Assembly: GCA_963692525.1 (NCBI GenBank)
Contig: OY829953.1
Span: 4,420,720 to 4,484,719, forward strand
DNA: 64,000 bases
Direction: 5' to 3'
Source: Opitutales bacterium
GTDB lineage: Bacteria; Verrucomicrobiota; Verrucomicrobiia; Opitutales; PNEW01
A program made the translations under genes and the position numbers. Position 1 is the first letter of the stretch, and every line of letters starts with the position of its first letter. Shown one piece after another: positions 1-10,389 of the stretch. The notes under the pieces were generated by a model, which worked only from the letters and a program-made list of their open reading frames with translations, did not search any database and had not been told where the DNA came from.

Positions 1-687
1 GAAAACGAGGATATTGTGCAGGTAGAGTTTTCAGGCACAGGGACCTTTACCGTAACCCTCGACCCTGCCACTTTCCTGCCCCCGGCCGTCCCCCCACGCT
101 ACAACCAGACCGTAGAATATGTGACGGGCAAACCGAGCGTGGTCATTGATGGAGCGGATGCCAATACCTTCTTCAGCATCTTCACTGTAGGCACGATCAA
201 CGCGTTTAACCAGGCCCTCTTCCCCGAGGGACAGGTCTATGACGCCCAGGCCGATGTGGCCCTCGTGGAAGTCGTTAATTCCACCGGACTTGGAGGGGTG
301 CAGTTATCGAACACCGTGTTCAGTGGAAGCACGGGCAAGGTCGGTGTTGATGCGCGCGGGGTACCGATCGCAGTACGCCTGACAGTTGGCGACATCGACG
401 CGGATGGCGACGCAGTCCCGCACCTTCTGTTCGGTGAAGGTTCCTTCACTGTTGCCGCCGGTAACCCCGGCTTGCGGATCACTGGTGGTGACCTCTTGCA
501 GACAAACGGCGCCGCAGTCGTGGTCGCTGAGAGTGGATCGACAACAACCGGATTTGATACCCTGATCACACAGAACAACTTCAAGTCCGACAACACGCCT
601 CAGCCGACCCTGAGTATCGATGCTACCTTCGCCAATGAAGATGGCGATGAAATCGAAGTTGTTACCGAGGAGATCACTATTGAGTAA
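1..687 (+). CDS. C-terminal part of secreted surface protein, paralog A (5' end outside window)
   Basis: Frame 1 is open from base 1 (ENEDIVQVEFSG...). It is about 90% identical at nt and aa level to the C-termini of 981..3202 and 33761..35974, and a hairpin terminator follows. Confidence 0.7.
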   Translation, partial: ENEDIVQVEFSGTGTFTVTLDPATFLPPAVPPRYNQTVEYVTGKPSVVIDGADANTFFSIFTVGTINAFNQALFPEGQVYDAQADVALVEVVNSTGLGGVQLSNTVFSGSTGKVGVDARGVPIAVRLTVGDIDADGDAVPHLLFGEGSFTVAAGNPGLRITGGDLLQTNGAAVVVAESGSTTTGFDTLITQNNFKSDNTPQPTLSIDATFANEDGDEIEVVTEEITIE

Positions 688-715
688 TCTCTTCGATAAG
701 TGTTAGGTTTTATAC

Positions 716-750
716 AAAGAGGTGGGACTACGAGTCCCACCTCTTTTTTT
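716..750 (+). terminator. Rho-independent terminator
   Basis: Stem 'agaggtggga' (718-727) pairs with 'tcccacctct' (735-744), followed by a T6 run. Confidence 0.8.
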
Positions 751-980
751 AATTACACCTGAATGTTGATTATCGTTCCCTTCATCTGAATATCGATCAC
801 TTAATGCTGTTAGCTATGATGCAAGTCACTACGTATAATATACTTAAACCTATTTAATAGCGTCGTATTCTTAACCTATCCATAAAGATTTCATTAAAAG
901 AAGAATAATATTTGACGCCTTGTATTTCTCTTTTTAGAAATTTCATCCCTTTTGAAATTCAATCTATTAAAAAGCTCACT

Positions 981-3202
981 ATGATACTAAAAAAATCGCT
1001 CGCATTACTAATCGTAGCCTTATCCCCCATTCTACTCATCGCCCTCCCTCAAGATCTGGAAATTTTCGAAGATTTTGAAAACATCAGCGGTGAAGGGACT
1101 ATCTTCATCGGCGTGGAGCCAAACGTGATTACGCTCATCGGTTTCACGGTGGAAACGCTAGAGGATCCAGCTCAATTACATTCGGGAACGAAGGCTTTAA
1201 CCCTGGGACCGGGACAGGAGGGAAGGATTGTCACCAACAGGGGATGCAATTTCTCCAATTTTATGCTGGTGAGAGCACCGGAGCGGGTAGAATTGAAATA
1301 AGAGGAGAAATAAATACCGGCGATACAGGTGCTTCTGACACTAGAATTAACACCGTCCTCCCTGAAAATGGTACTACAGTTGGATTACCGACAAACATCA
1401 GCCCAGGTGCTAACCCCACATTATTCAGCTTTGTCGCCGACAGCGGTAGTTTTTTTGATCAAGATGATTTTAATTTCCTAAACGGCATACAAGAAGTGAA
1501 ATTTCTGAATGTTACGGGAAAACTCGTGATCGACGACCTGGGATTCACTCTGACCGACTTCCCCTCTAACAACACAGTTTACACTACTTTTGTAGAATTT
1601 GGAGCAGGTGCAGGACAGTCAGAACCCTTGGTTTTTGGAACTTCGCCAGTAACAGCAACTTTTGAGGGAGGATCTATTATCGTTGAATTTTCAGATGGGA
1701 CCGCTTATGTGCGCTCGTCGCCAACTGCCTATGGAGTATTTAATGGAGAATCTGCAACCATCACTTTTGAAACCCCGGCGTATGAAATAGTCACGTTTGC
1801 AGCTCAGAGTACTGCACCCAAAGAGGGCATCGAACCAGATGGTTTTATCGACGTCTATGATACAAACGACAACTTGATCTTTACAGTTGATAATTTAGAA
1901 GGGAATCTTTTACCTTTGTTCAAACCCGGTTTTACAATTATTAATGCGGATGAATTAGGAGCTCCGGGTGGCATCGGCAAGATTGTCTTGAGAGATGATC
2001 CTGATGTAAATCCCTCCGGTCGTACTTCAATCGATGATTTTGGCTTTACCCCGATCGGCGCACCGGGCACCGGCTCCGACGGTCCGCCACCCGCTGATGC
2101 TCCCTCTATCACCACACAACCCGCTAGCCAGGAAGTAGCATCCGGCGCCTCGGCGAGCTTATCTGTTGCCGCCAGTGGGGACGATCTTACTTACCAGTGG
2201 TTTACCGGCAACAGCGGTGACACCGCGGCTCCTGTCGCCGGCGCGACGACTGGAACTTTAGACACGGGCGCGCTCACCGCGAGCACAAGTTTCTGGGTAC
2301 AGATTACCAACGCCGGTGGGACAGCGGACAGTGAAACCGCGGTCGTCACGGTAGCGGCTCCTGCTGTTCCCCTCGTTCTCGACGGCTCAGGTGATATCGC
2401 CGGTGAAGACATTCAGCATGCCAACGGCAACGTCTTCGACCAGATATTACTCACCGGAGAGTTCGTCCAACTCCAGGCCAAACCGGGACAGATCACCCGC
2501 GTTTCCTTCATGGACGAAAACGAGGACATTGTGCAGGTAGAGTTCTCAGGCAACGGGACCTTTACCGTAACCCTCGACCCGGCCACTTTCCTGCCTCCGG
2601 CCGTCCCCCCACGCTACAACCAGCAGGTTGAGTACGTGACGGGCAAGCCCAGCGTGGTCATCGATGGAGCGGACGCCAATACCTTCTTCAGCATCTTCAC
2701 AGTGGGCAGGATCAACGCCTTTAACCAGGCGCTGTTCCCCGAAGGACAGGTCTATGACGCCCAGGCCGATGTGGCCCTCGTGGAAGTAGTCAACTCCACG
2801 GGAATGGGAGGGGTACAGTTATCGAACACCGTCTTCAGTGGAAGCACGGGCAAGGTCGGCTTCGATGCGCGCGGCGTGCCGATCGCGGTACGCTTAACGA
2901 TCGGTGATATCGATGCTGATGGCGATGCAGTACCTCACATTCTCTTCGGTGAAGGCTCCTTTACCGTTGCCGCAGGTAACCCCGGGTTGAGAATCACCGG
3001 TGGTGATCTATTGCAGACGAACGGCGCCGCAGTCGTCGTCGCGGAGAGTGGATCGACAACGACCGGGTTTGATACCCTGATCACACAGAACAACTTCAAG
3101 TCTGACGAAACGCCTCAGCCGACACTGAGCATTGACGCCACCTTTGCCAATGAAGACGGCGATGCGATCGAGGTTACGACTGAAGAATTGACGATCGAGT
3201 GA
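981..3202 (+). pseudogene. Secreted Ig-like surface protein, paralog B, interrupted by a 1-nt frameshift near 1245-1250
   Basis: The signal-like N-terminus MILKKSLALLIVALSPILLIALP is in the frame of 981, and the rest is in the frame of 1244. Both parts are colinear with intact paralog C (..GQEGVIVSERGLDEIQFYAAENTGAGKIEYRG..). An Ig-like block is present (TTQPASQEV..LTYQWF..AVVTVA). Confidence 0.6.
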
Positions 3203-3230
3203 TCTATCGATCAGTTTTAAGTTTTAAGCA

Positions 3231-3264
3231 GAAGAGGTGGAACCACACGTTCCACCTCTTTTTG
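3231..3264 (+). terminator. Rho-independent terminator
   Basis: Stem 'agaggtggaac' (3233-3243) pairs with 'gttccacctct' (3249-3259), followed by TTTT. It is homologous to the terminator at 716-750. Confidence 0.8.
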
Positions 3265-3342
3265 CTACAGTTACCGGGAGCAAAAGCATTTCATATATGA
3301 ATTGTCTCGTTTTTCGAGACCTTTTAAAATCAGGATAGCAAA

Positions 3343-4800
3343 GTGAATATTACCCTAAACGGTAAACAGGAAAATCTGGATGAAATAGTTCTTTTTCCGT
3401 TTGATGATTACGCGTTACCGCTGCAAAGAGGAGTCAAACTTCACCTTAATTCTTACCGGGCGCTCACTAATAAAGCGCCTATCGGTGTGGGGTTAGGTAG
3501 CCCCGGAGAACCAGACAGCTTGATCTGCGCTTATTATGGTTCCGTTAAACGGGTAGGAGACGAACTCTGGATGTGGTACTGCGGGCAAGGTGACAATGTT
3601 GATGATAAGTGGCATCAAAAACTCTGTTTTGCCAAAAGCAAAGACGGACGAAACTGGGAGAAACCCAATTTGGGTCTCGTTGAATACAACGGTTCAAAAA
3701 GCAATAATTTAATTGAGATTGATATTAGTGAACATATTCAAGCCTGTGTCGTCTACTATGAACCGGATGACCCTAACCCGGACCGGCATTTCAAAATGGT
3801 CTTTGAGACCGCACGCTACAGTAACAAGATAGCCATAGCATTCAGCGCTGACGGTTTACAGTGGAAGTTACACCCCGGAAATCCAGTAGGCCCTATATTT
3901 GAAGAGGCTGGTGGCACGAAATTCAATGGCGTTTACTATATCAACGGACAGGGATTGAGAGATGAACACTGGTCTCCGAGTGGGTTCGCGCGAGTGCTGA
4001 TGACCTATTTCTCTTATGACTTTGAGAATTGGTCCGAAGCTTCATGCATGAGTATGCGCCGAGACGCCCTGCCCCCCCGCCCTACTCTCTATGGAACGAA
4101 TAACGGACCCCAGGTACATCTGGGTGCAGCTCTCTGGAATCGGGGTAATACTTTAATCGGGTTTTACGGTATGTGGGATGGACATCCCTCTAACGACCGA
4201 CGTTTGATGAGTATGAACCTGGGACTCGTGGTAAGTCATGATGCGATGCACTTTCGCGAACCCATCCCGGATTTTCCCATTGTCGACGCTGCGGAAATCC
4301 GTTGGAAAAGAGCGTATGAATCACATATAAACTTTAATTACCCGGCTTTAATCCAAGGCCAGGGTTTCGAAAACGTTGGAGATGAGACACTCTTTTGGTA
4401 CGCCCCCTGGCCTGAGCAAAGTAGTGACGGAATCAGAGTGGCAAGCTGGCCCAAAGACAGGCTCGGACATTTTTCACCCTTTAATGGACCTGACAGTAAA
4501 GCTCATATCACATCGCAGCCCATTTTTATCGAAGGGAAAACAACTCGCATTCTTTTGAATGTCGATGGTTTATCAGAAGACTCTCGAATTAAAGTTTCTA
4601 TTCTCGACGAAAAGCTAAATGAACTTTCTGATTATAGCTGCGCCGACTCCTTGGATCTTTTAGAATCCGGTTTCCGACAGGTAGTCCGTTGGAAAAATCA
4701 GGACCGTGTGCGATCAGATGAACCGATCCGCGTGCGCGTTGATTTCGAAGGTCGACGACCTGAGGAGGTCAAACTCTACGCGATATACCTGGAGCAATAA
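3343..4800 (+). CDS. Glycoside-hydrolase-like beta-propeller protein with C-terminal beta-sandwich (family not assignable by eye)
   Basis: 485-aa ORF with a GTG start and no signal peptide. Motifs resemble GH32/43/130-type propellers (WMWYCGQGD, AKSKDGRNWEKP, FSADGLQWK). The layout matches 21880..23556 and 23940..25628. Confidence 0.45.
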   Translation: MNITLNGKQENLDEIVLFPFDDYALPLQRGVKLHLNSYRALTNKAPIGVGLGSPGEPDSLICAYYGSVKRVGDELWMWYCGQGDNVDDKWHQKLCFAKSKDGRNWEKPNLGLVEYNGSKSNNLIEIDISEHIQACVVYYEPDDPNPDRHFKMVFETARYSNKIAIAFSADGLQWKLHPGNPVGPIFEEAGGTKFNGVYYINGQGLRDEHWSPSGFARVLMTYFSYDFENWSEASCMSMRRDALPPRPTLYGTNNGPQVHLGAALWNRGNTLIGFYGMWDGHPSNDRRLMSMNLGLVVSHDAMHFREPIPDFPIVDAAEIRWKRAYESHINFNYPALIQGQGFENVGDETLFWYAPWPEQSSDGIRVASWPKDRLGHFSPFNGPDSKAHITSQPIFIEGKTTRILLNVDGLSEDSRIKVSILDEKLNELSDYSCADSLDLLESGFRQVVRWKNQDRVRSDEPIRVRVDFEGRRPEEVKLYAIYLEQ

Positions 4801-4897
4801 GGTCATTGGTGTTTAGTTTTAAGATGATAAAGGATATAGAGATTGCGGATTGTTCCTTACGCTTTTCTAGTATAAATCTTTACTTTTTAATTTTCCT

Positions 4898-5008
4898 TTT
4901 GTCATTGCGAGTCACAACGCGACGAAGCAATCCAGGGGACTGAACTTACGCAATAGACAGCCTCCTGGATCGCCGCAGTCGGCTTCGCCTTCTTCGCGAG
5001 GACAAAAG
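4898..5008. repeat. Hairpin element of the 'gtcattgcgag / caatccagg' family (short form)
   Basis: Left arm 'ttgtcattgcgagtcacaacgcgacgaagcaatccagggg', loop of about 26 nt, right arm 'ctggatcgccgcagtcggcttcgccttcttcgcgaggacaa'. Confidence 0.7.
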
Positions 5009-5088
5009 AATACGTTCGAAAATCGAAAATCGACATATCTCTTATGACATCATCTTCAGATCCGAAGGATACAACGAGAGGACTGCGC

Positions 5089-6819
5089 ATGGATCCGATC
5101 GAGTTTGAAGTCATGCGAAGCGCGTTCAACGCGGCGGCGGAAGAAATGAGCGCGGCCTTACGCAAAACTGCTTACTCAACAAACATCAAGACGAGAGCTG
5201 ATTATTCCTGTGCGATCTACGATAAAAAGTTACGCGTCGTTGCCCAGGCTTTTACGCAACCTATTCATTTGGCATCGATGACACGCATGATACCGGCGGC
5301 GGTAGGTCAATACGGTGCAGAGAAGTTGTCACCCGGTGATGGAATCGCGATGAATGATTCCCACAACGGCGCCATGCATCTGAACGACATCGCGATCATT
5401 GTGCCCTTGTTCTATAAGAACAGACTGACGGGGTACACGGCGGCGGTAGCACACCATGTTGATATCGGCGGCATGGCTCCGGGCGGGTTGTGCCTTTCAA
5501 CCGATATATATCAAGAGGGTATCATCATTCCTTCAACACAGATTCTTCGTGAAGGGAAAATTATTGATAACGTCTTTAACTTAATCGTCGCCAACATCCG
5601 GTCTCCCAAGCAAATGGCCGGTGACCTGCGCGCTCAAGTCGCCTCGACAATGCTGGGTCAAAAGCGTGTCTTTGAGATCCTCGAACGATTTGGTGAAAAA
5701 GCGATCTTCAGCTTTACCGATGAACTGATTGGCTATACCCAACGTTGGACGAAGAGTGAGATATTAAAACTACCTGAGGGAAAACATTGCGCTGAAGGTG
5801 AAATGGACGATGACGGCATTACCGATCAGCCGATCAAACTCGTCATGCAAGCAGAGGTTAAAGATGGAAGGGTGAGCTTTGACCTGACCGGATCCGACAA
5901 GCAGCGCCCCTCACCGATGAATGCTAATTTAACTTATTCCTATTCCGCCGTATCCTATGTAGTGAAGTGTTTAATTGATTCTGAAGTTCCGGTAAACGCA
6001 GGGTTCTATTCACAAATCGATGTCCATGCCCCCGAAGGAACAGTTGTAAACGCGCTGCATCCCGCGGGTGTTGTCGGTGGAAACGATATATGCCTGCGCC
6101 TTGTCGATCTCGGCTTCAAGGCATTTTCGGCTGCAATCCCGGAGAAGGTCGTCGCCTGCAGCAAAAGTATGGTTTGTAACATGGGGTGCGGTGGAGTTGA
6201 TCCGCGCTCAGGTGACTACTATACTTTCATGGAAACCCTTGCCGGTGGTTACGGTGGACGACCTACCAAAGACGGCCTCGACGCCATACAACCTCATATC
6301 CAGAACACGGAGAACTCGGCTATTGAGGAAACGGAAAACAACTACCCCATGCGCATCACACGCTACGAGTTGGTTCCCGACTCTGATGGTGCAGGTAAAT
6401 TTCGCGGCGGGCTGGGCCTCCGCCGCGATTGGCAGTTCCCTGATCACGAAACGACATTTACAATCATCGCGGACCACCGTAAAAAAGGACCCTGGGGGTT
6501 GTTCGGAGGCCAGAGTGGACAACCCTCCACTTACACGCGCAATCCGGAGGGAGAACATAAAGAACTGCCGTCCAAAATTACTCTCACCCTCAATGCCAAT
6601 GACACTATAAGTTATAAGACACCCGGCGGTGGCGGGTATGGCAATCCACTCGAACGCAACCCCCTCGCGGTGCTCGAGGATGTTATCGATGGTAAAGTCA
6701 GCGCGCAGCGCGCCCGCGAAGTATACGGTGTGGTCATCGCTATCGACCGACGAGAAGTCGATGAAAATGGAACTACGAAGTTGCGAGAAGAACTTCAAAA
6801 ATCGCAAGAAGCACGATGA
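5089..6819 (+). CDS. hyuB: Hydantoinase B / oxoprolinase family protein
   Basis: Long ORF. MDPIEFEVMRSAFNAAAEEM is a typical HyuB N-terminus and 'gagagga' lies about 10 nt upstream; ATG 5044 is an alternative start. It overlaps hyuA by 4 nt (ATGA). Confidence 0.85.
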   Translation: MDPIEFEVMRSAFNAAAEEMSAALRKTAYSTNIKTRADYSCAIYDKKLRVVAQAFTQPIHLASMTRMIPAAVGQYGAEKLSPGDGIAMNDSHNGAMHLNDIAIIVPLFYKNRLTGYTAAVAHHVDIGGMAPGGLCLSTDIYQEGIIIPSTQILREGKIIDNVFNLIVANIRSPKQMAGDLRAQVASTMLGQKRVFEILERFGEKAIFSFTDELIGYTQRWTKSEILKLPEGKHCAEGEMDDDGITDQPIKLVMQAEVKDGRVSFDLTGSDKQRPSPMNANLTYSYSAVSYVVKCLIDSEVPVNAGFYSQIDVHAPEGTVVNALHPAGVVGGNDICLRLVDLGFKAFSAAIPEKVVACSKSMVCNMGCGGVDPRSGDYYTFMETLAGGYGGRPTKDGLDAIQPHIQNTENSAIEETENNYPMRITRYELVPDSDGAGKFRGGLGLRRDWQFPDHETTFTIIADHRKKGPWGLFGGQSGQPSTYTRNPEGEHKELPSKITLTLNANDTISYKTPGGGGYGNPLERNPLAVLEDVIDGKVSAQRAREVYGVVIAIDRREVDENGTTKLREELQKSQEAR

Positions 6820-8900
6820 GTGACTACCGAATCGGTGTCGATATAGGCGGTACTTTCACCGATCTCGTGATGATGGATGAAGCGACGGGAAATTTACGCC
6901 TGATCAAAATGTCGAGTACGCCTCACGATCCATCGATAGGTTTTATGAATGTGACTGAACGGGTTCTCAAGGAATCCGCTATAGACCCGGCGCGTGTCTC
7001 CTACCTGGTCCACGGCACCACAGTGGCGACAAATACGATCATCGAAGGAAAAGGAGCCAAGACAGGCTTTATTGCAACCGAGGGATTTCGCGACGTCTTT
7101 GAGATTGGCCGGCAGATCCGTCCCACGCTCTATGACATTTTCTGTGATAAACCAAAGCCATTAATCCCGCGCTACCTTTGTCGTGAAGCACCCGAGAGGT
7201 TAGATTATGCCGGGGATGTTTTGAAGCCTCTGGAAACAGAGCGTGTCCGCGAAGTGATTCGCCAGTTAAAGGTTGAAGGCGTGGAGTCTATCGCCGTTTG
7301 CCTGCTTCATGCTTACGTCAATGCCGAGCATGAAAGACAGGTGAAGGAAATCATCGACGTAGAGATGCCAGAAGTATTCGTGTCGATCTCTTCAGATCTA
7401 TGCCCGGAAATGCGTGAGTATTTTCGCGCCAGCACGACGGCGATCAACTCACTCCTGATGCCAATCGTTACCCGTTATCTCGGCCAACTGGAAAACCGAC
7501 TTGAGTCTCTGGGGGTTAAAGCCGGACTGCACTTAATGACTTCCGCCGGCGGCATGTCATCCTCGGACGTAGCCCGCAAAGAACCCGTTCACCTGATCGA
7601 GTCGGGGCCGGCAGCGGGAGTTATCGCTTCGACCTTCATCGGTAAGATGGCGGGCGTTGATAACCTTATCAGCTTTGATATGGGCGGGACGACAGCAAAA
7701 GTGGGTTTGGTTGAAGACGGTATGCCCAAGGTCGCACCCCACTTCGAAGTCGGAAGCGCAGCCGTGGCTGACAACCGGGCTGCCGGTTATCCCGTCAGGA
7801 CCCCCGTCATCGACCTCGTTGAGATTGGCGCGGGCGGCGGCAGCATCGCATGGGTCGATCCGGGAGGTGCGTTGCGGGTCGGTCCTCGAAGCGGCGGTGC
7901 CGATCCCGGTCCAGCATGCTATGGCAAAGGCCAGAAAAATCCTTGTATTACCGATGCCAATCTTTTGCTCGGACGCCTTAACCCGGAATACTTTATCGGG
8001 GGGGAGCAGAAACTGTTTCCCGAGCTTGCCGAAACTGCAATTAAAAAACTGTCTGATCAACTGGGAATGAATGTCATCGAAGCGGCTGACGGAATCATCC
8101 AGATAGCCAACGCGAGCATGGTGGGAGCGATTCGCTTGATCTCGGTTCAACGCGGTTTTGATCCCCGTGAATTCGTCCTTGTCGCTTTTGGCGGCGCTGG
8201 TCCTCTGCACGCCAATGACCTCGCACAAGAATTGGAAATTCCAAAAATTCTTATCCCGATGAGCCCCGGTGTTACCTCGGCTTTGGGACTGCTCGTGAGC
8301 GATGTTAAACATGACTACGTACAAGCTAACATTGCACCGATGGAGACCGTAGACCTGCAGGCTAACAGTCGTATTTTCGAAGACCTTGAAACCCGGGCGC
8401 GACAGGTGCTCACTTCGGAGGATATCCCTGCATCTGATATATCTTTTCTTCGCTATCTCGACATCCGTTACATCGGTCAATCCTACGAATTAAAAATTCC
8501 CGTTGAGAATCGACTGCTTGAACCGGATGATAAAGAATCAATCAATGCCGCTTTTTTTAAGGAGCATGAACGGGCTTACGGCTACGCCACCGCAAGTGAA
8601 CCCACGGAAGTCGTCAACTTGAGGTTAACGGCAATCGGCTCAATCAGTAAACCGACATTGCGAGAACTGGAAGCAGGTGACGGTGACAGCTCGGGTGCGG
8701 TTAAATCCAAACGTCCGGTCTACTTTTCAAAGCTGGGGAAAAATGTTACCTGCAAGATATACGATCGCTATAAATTAAAAGCCGACGATTGTATCGACGG
8801 CCCTGCTATTGTCGAAGAATTCGATTCCACGGTCGTCATCCTACCCGACTACTTCGCAAAGGTGGATCGTTTTGGTAATTTATTTATAGAGGAAAAATAG
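6816..8900 (+). CDS. hyuA: Hydantoinase A / oxoprolinase family protein
   Basis: 694 aa. The N-terminus YRIGVDIGGTFTD is typical of the family and the gene is translationally coupled to hyuB. Confidence 0.9.
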   Translation: MSDYRIGVDIGGTFTDLVMMDEATGNLRLIKMSSTPHDPSIGFMNVTERVLKESAIDPARVSYLVHGTTVATNTIIEGKGAKTGFIATEGFRDVFEIGRQIRPTLYDIFCDKPKPLIPRYLCREAPERLDYAGDVLKPLETERVREVIRQLKVEGVESIAVCLLHAYVNAEHERQVKEIIDVEMPEVFVSISSDLCPEMREYFRASTTAINSLLMPIVTRYLGQLENRLESLGVKAGLHLMTSAGGMSSSDVARKEPVHLIESGPAAGVIASTFIGKMAGVDNLISFDMGGTTAKVGLVEDGMPKVAPHFEVGSAAVADNRAAGYPVRTPVIDLVEIGAGGGSIAWVDPGGALRVGPRSGGADPGPACYGKGQKNPCITDANLLLGRLNPEYFIGGEQKLFPELAETAIKKLSDQLGMNVIEAADGIIQIANASMVGAIRLISVQRGFDPREFVLVAFGGAGPLHANDLAQELEIPKILIPMSPGVTSALGLLVSDVKHDYVQANIAPMETVDLQANSRIFEDLETRARQVLTSEDIPASDISFLRYLDIRYIGQSYELKIPVENRLLEPDDKESINAAFFKEHERAYGYATASEPTEVVNLRLTAIGSISKPTLRELEAGDGDSSGAVKSKRPVYFSKLGKNVTCKIYDRYKLKADDCIDGPAIVEEFDSTVVILPDYFAKVDRFGNLFIEEK

Positions 8901-8901
8901 A

Positions 8902-10074
8902 ATGGAGAATACAGCCGATGCAGTAGTGATTGGCGGTGGCATTATGGGAGCCAGTATCGGACATTTCCTGGCGAAAAAAGGTTTTGGTAAAATACTGTTA
9001 TTTGAAAAGCGGAACCTGGCTGCTGTCAGCACCGGTCACTCGGCAGCACATGTCCGGACTTACTACTCCAACCCGGTAACAGTCCAACTTGCCTGGCGCG
9101 CGGTACAGATGTTTGAAAATGACCGTGAAGAACTCGGAGGGGATTGCGGGTTTCAACAGGTGGGATTTCTCACGGTTTTTGGTGAAAAAAATTCTGCACC
9201 CGGGAAACACGTCCTTGAGATGCAGAAGGAATACGGTGTCGAAATCGAAAATATTTCGACTAAGGTGATTAGTGAACTCGCGCCACAAATTGATCTCGAC
9301 GGTGTCGTCGGAGGATTATACGAGCGTCGATCAGGGTATGCCAATCCGGTGAAAACGACCCGCTCGCTCGTCGAGCGGGCAGCGGAGTGGAGACTGAAAG
9401 CTTACGAAGGCGTTGGCGTCAAAGAGATTCGACTTCAAGGTGATCGCGTAAGCGGAGTCGTTCTCGAGACTGGTGAAACCATCGAGACTAAAGTTGTCGT
9501 GAACGCAGCCGGACCCTGGGGTCGACAAGTTGGATTTACGGCAGGCATTAACAACTCCATACGCTGGAGCAGGGAAACTGACATGATCCTGAAAACACCT
9601 GCTGACTTCGGTCCCATTCCGGTCTTTTCAGACACCGATTTAAGGATGTATCTTCGCCCGAACGGTAGTGACGAGATTTTAGCCGGACTTGGCTGGCCCA
9701 AAGAGATCGAACCCCTCGATATCGACGAGTACGACCCAAACCTTGACGAAGATTCACGCGCTCGAATTGAAGCTGTGTTATTTAAGCGGATACCCGCCCT
9801 TCGCAAGGCAAGCTATGTTCGCGGATGGGCATCGATCTACACTATCACCGACGACTGGCATCCCCTGGTCGGGGCGGAACCCGGTCTCGAAGGGTATTAT
9901 GCTTTTTTCGGGGGATGCGGTCATTGCTTCAAGCTATCGCCACCCATTGGTGAATGTCTTGCCGACGTAATTACAGGTAGCACTCCGAAGATTGACATCA
10001 GCCCGTTCCGGCCGAGTCGATTTCTCGACGGAGAACCCCTCACCTCGGCATGGGGCGGTGGAAACCGGGCGTGA
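8902..10074 (+). CDS. FAD-dependent oxidoreductase (DAO / sarcosine-oxidase-beta-like)
   Basis: N-terminal dinucleotide fold VVIGGGIMGASIGHFLAKKGF. It starts 2 nt after the hyuA stop. Confidence 0.85.
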   Translation: MENTADAVVIGGGIMGASIGHFLAKKGFGKILLFEKRNLAAVSTGHSAAHVRTYYSNPVTVQLAWRAVQMFENDREELGGDCGFQQVGFLTVFGEKNSAPGKHVLEMQKEYGVEIENISTKVISELAPQIDLDGVVGGLYERRSGYANPVKTTRSLVERAAEWRLKAYEGVGVKEIRLQGDRVSGVVLETGETIETKVVVNAAGPWGRQVGFTAGINNSIRWSRETDMILKTPADFGPIPVFSDTDLRMYLRPNGSDEILAGLGWPKEIEPLDIDEYDPNLDEDSRARIEAVLFKRIPALRKASYVRGWASIYTITDDWHPLVGAEPGLEGYYAFFGGCGHCFKLSPPIGECLADVITGSTPKIDISPFRPSRFLDGEPLTSAWGGGNRA

Positions 10075-10116
10075 GGGGAGAATCGATTAATATGTTATAA
10101 TTTAGCTTCTTCTACC

Positions 10117-10366
10117 TTTTCGTCTTCGTCCGCATCTGCGTCAGTGTCTCTTTGTCATTGCGAGGGAGGCTATCAGCCGACCGCGGCAATCCAGGGGGAT
10201 GTCTGTTGTGTAATTACAGTCCCTAGATATTAGAGTTCACTCTAAGCTGGACGAATCCTCAATGGAAAGATCTGAGTTGTGCTTGGCAATTTAAGACACA
10301 ATGACTATTCGCCTGGATTGCCACGTCGCGTTGCTCCTCGCAATGACAATTGGGACGAAGACGAAG
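10117..10366. repeat. Nested palindrome: 'acgaagacgaag' outer arms around a 200-bp 'gtcattgcgag / caatccagg' element (X arm + ... Y arm -)
   Basis: Outer arms are 'cgtcttcgtcc' (10121-10131) and 'ggacgaagacgaag' (10353-10366). Inner arms are 10151-10203 and 10301-10350. The same element is inverted at 38491-38722. Confidence 0.8.
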
Positions 10367-10389
10367 ATTATTATGAATCAATATTATCC

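Noticed and set aside
237-596. Long antisense or alternate-frame ORFs inside the GC-rich shared halves of the surface-protein genes (237..596, 1855..2115, 2191..2412, 33756..34028, 34544..34923, 34848..35117).
   Set aside because: They lie opposite or out of frame to much longer ORFs with clear paralog conservation. They have Ala/Pro/Arg-rich shadow-frame composition and no independent start context.
912-980. N-terminal extensions proposed by the ORF track (912 for paralog B, 17000-17044 for the ABC fusion, 36266 for the SDR, 20162-20287 for the Rieske protein, 5044 for hyuB).
   Set aside because: The extensions use TTG or repeat-derived codons or overlap neighbouring genes. Internal ATGs give family-typical N-termini or signal peptides.
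3304-3320. The perfect 6-bp palindrome 'gtctcg-ttttt-cgagac' 23 nt upstream of GTG 3343, as an operator site.
   Set aside because: It is a single short palindrome with no second copy and no adjacent regulator gene. That is too little evidence.
7557-8480. A 307-aa ORF antisense to hyuA, and similar ORFs within hyuB (6068..6610, 6208..6807) and elsewhere.
   Set aside because: They are fully contained in genes with strong family signatures and show typical shadow-ORF composition.
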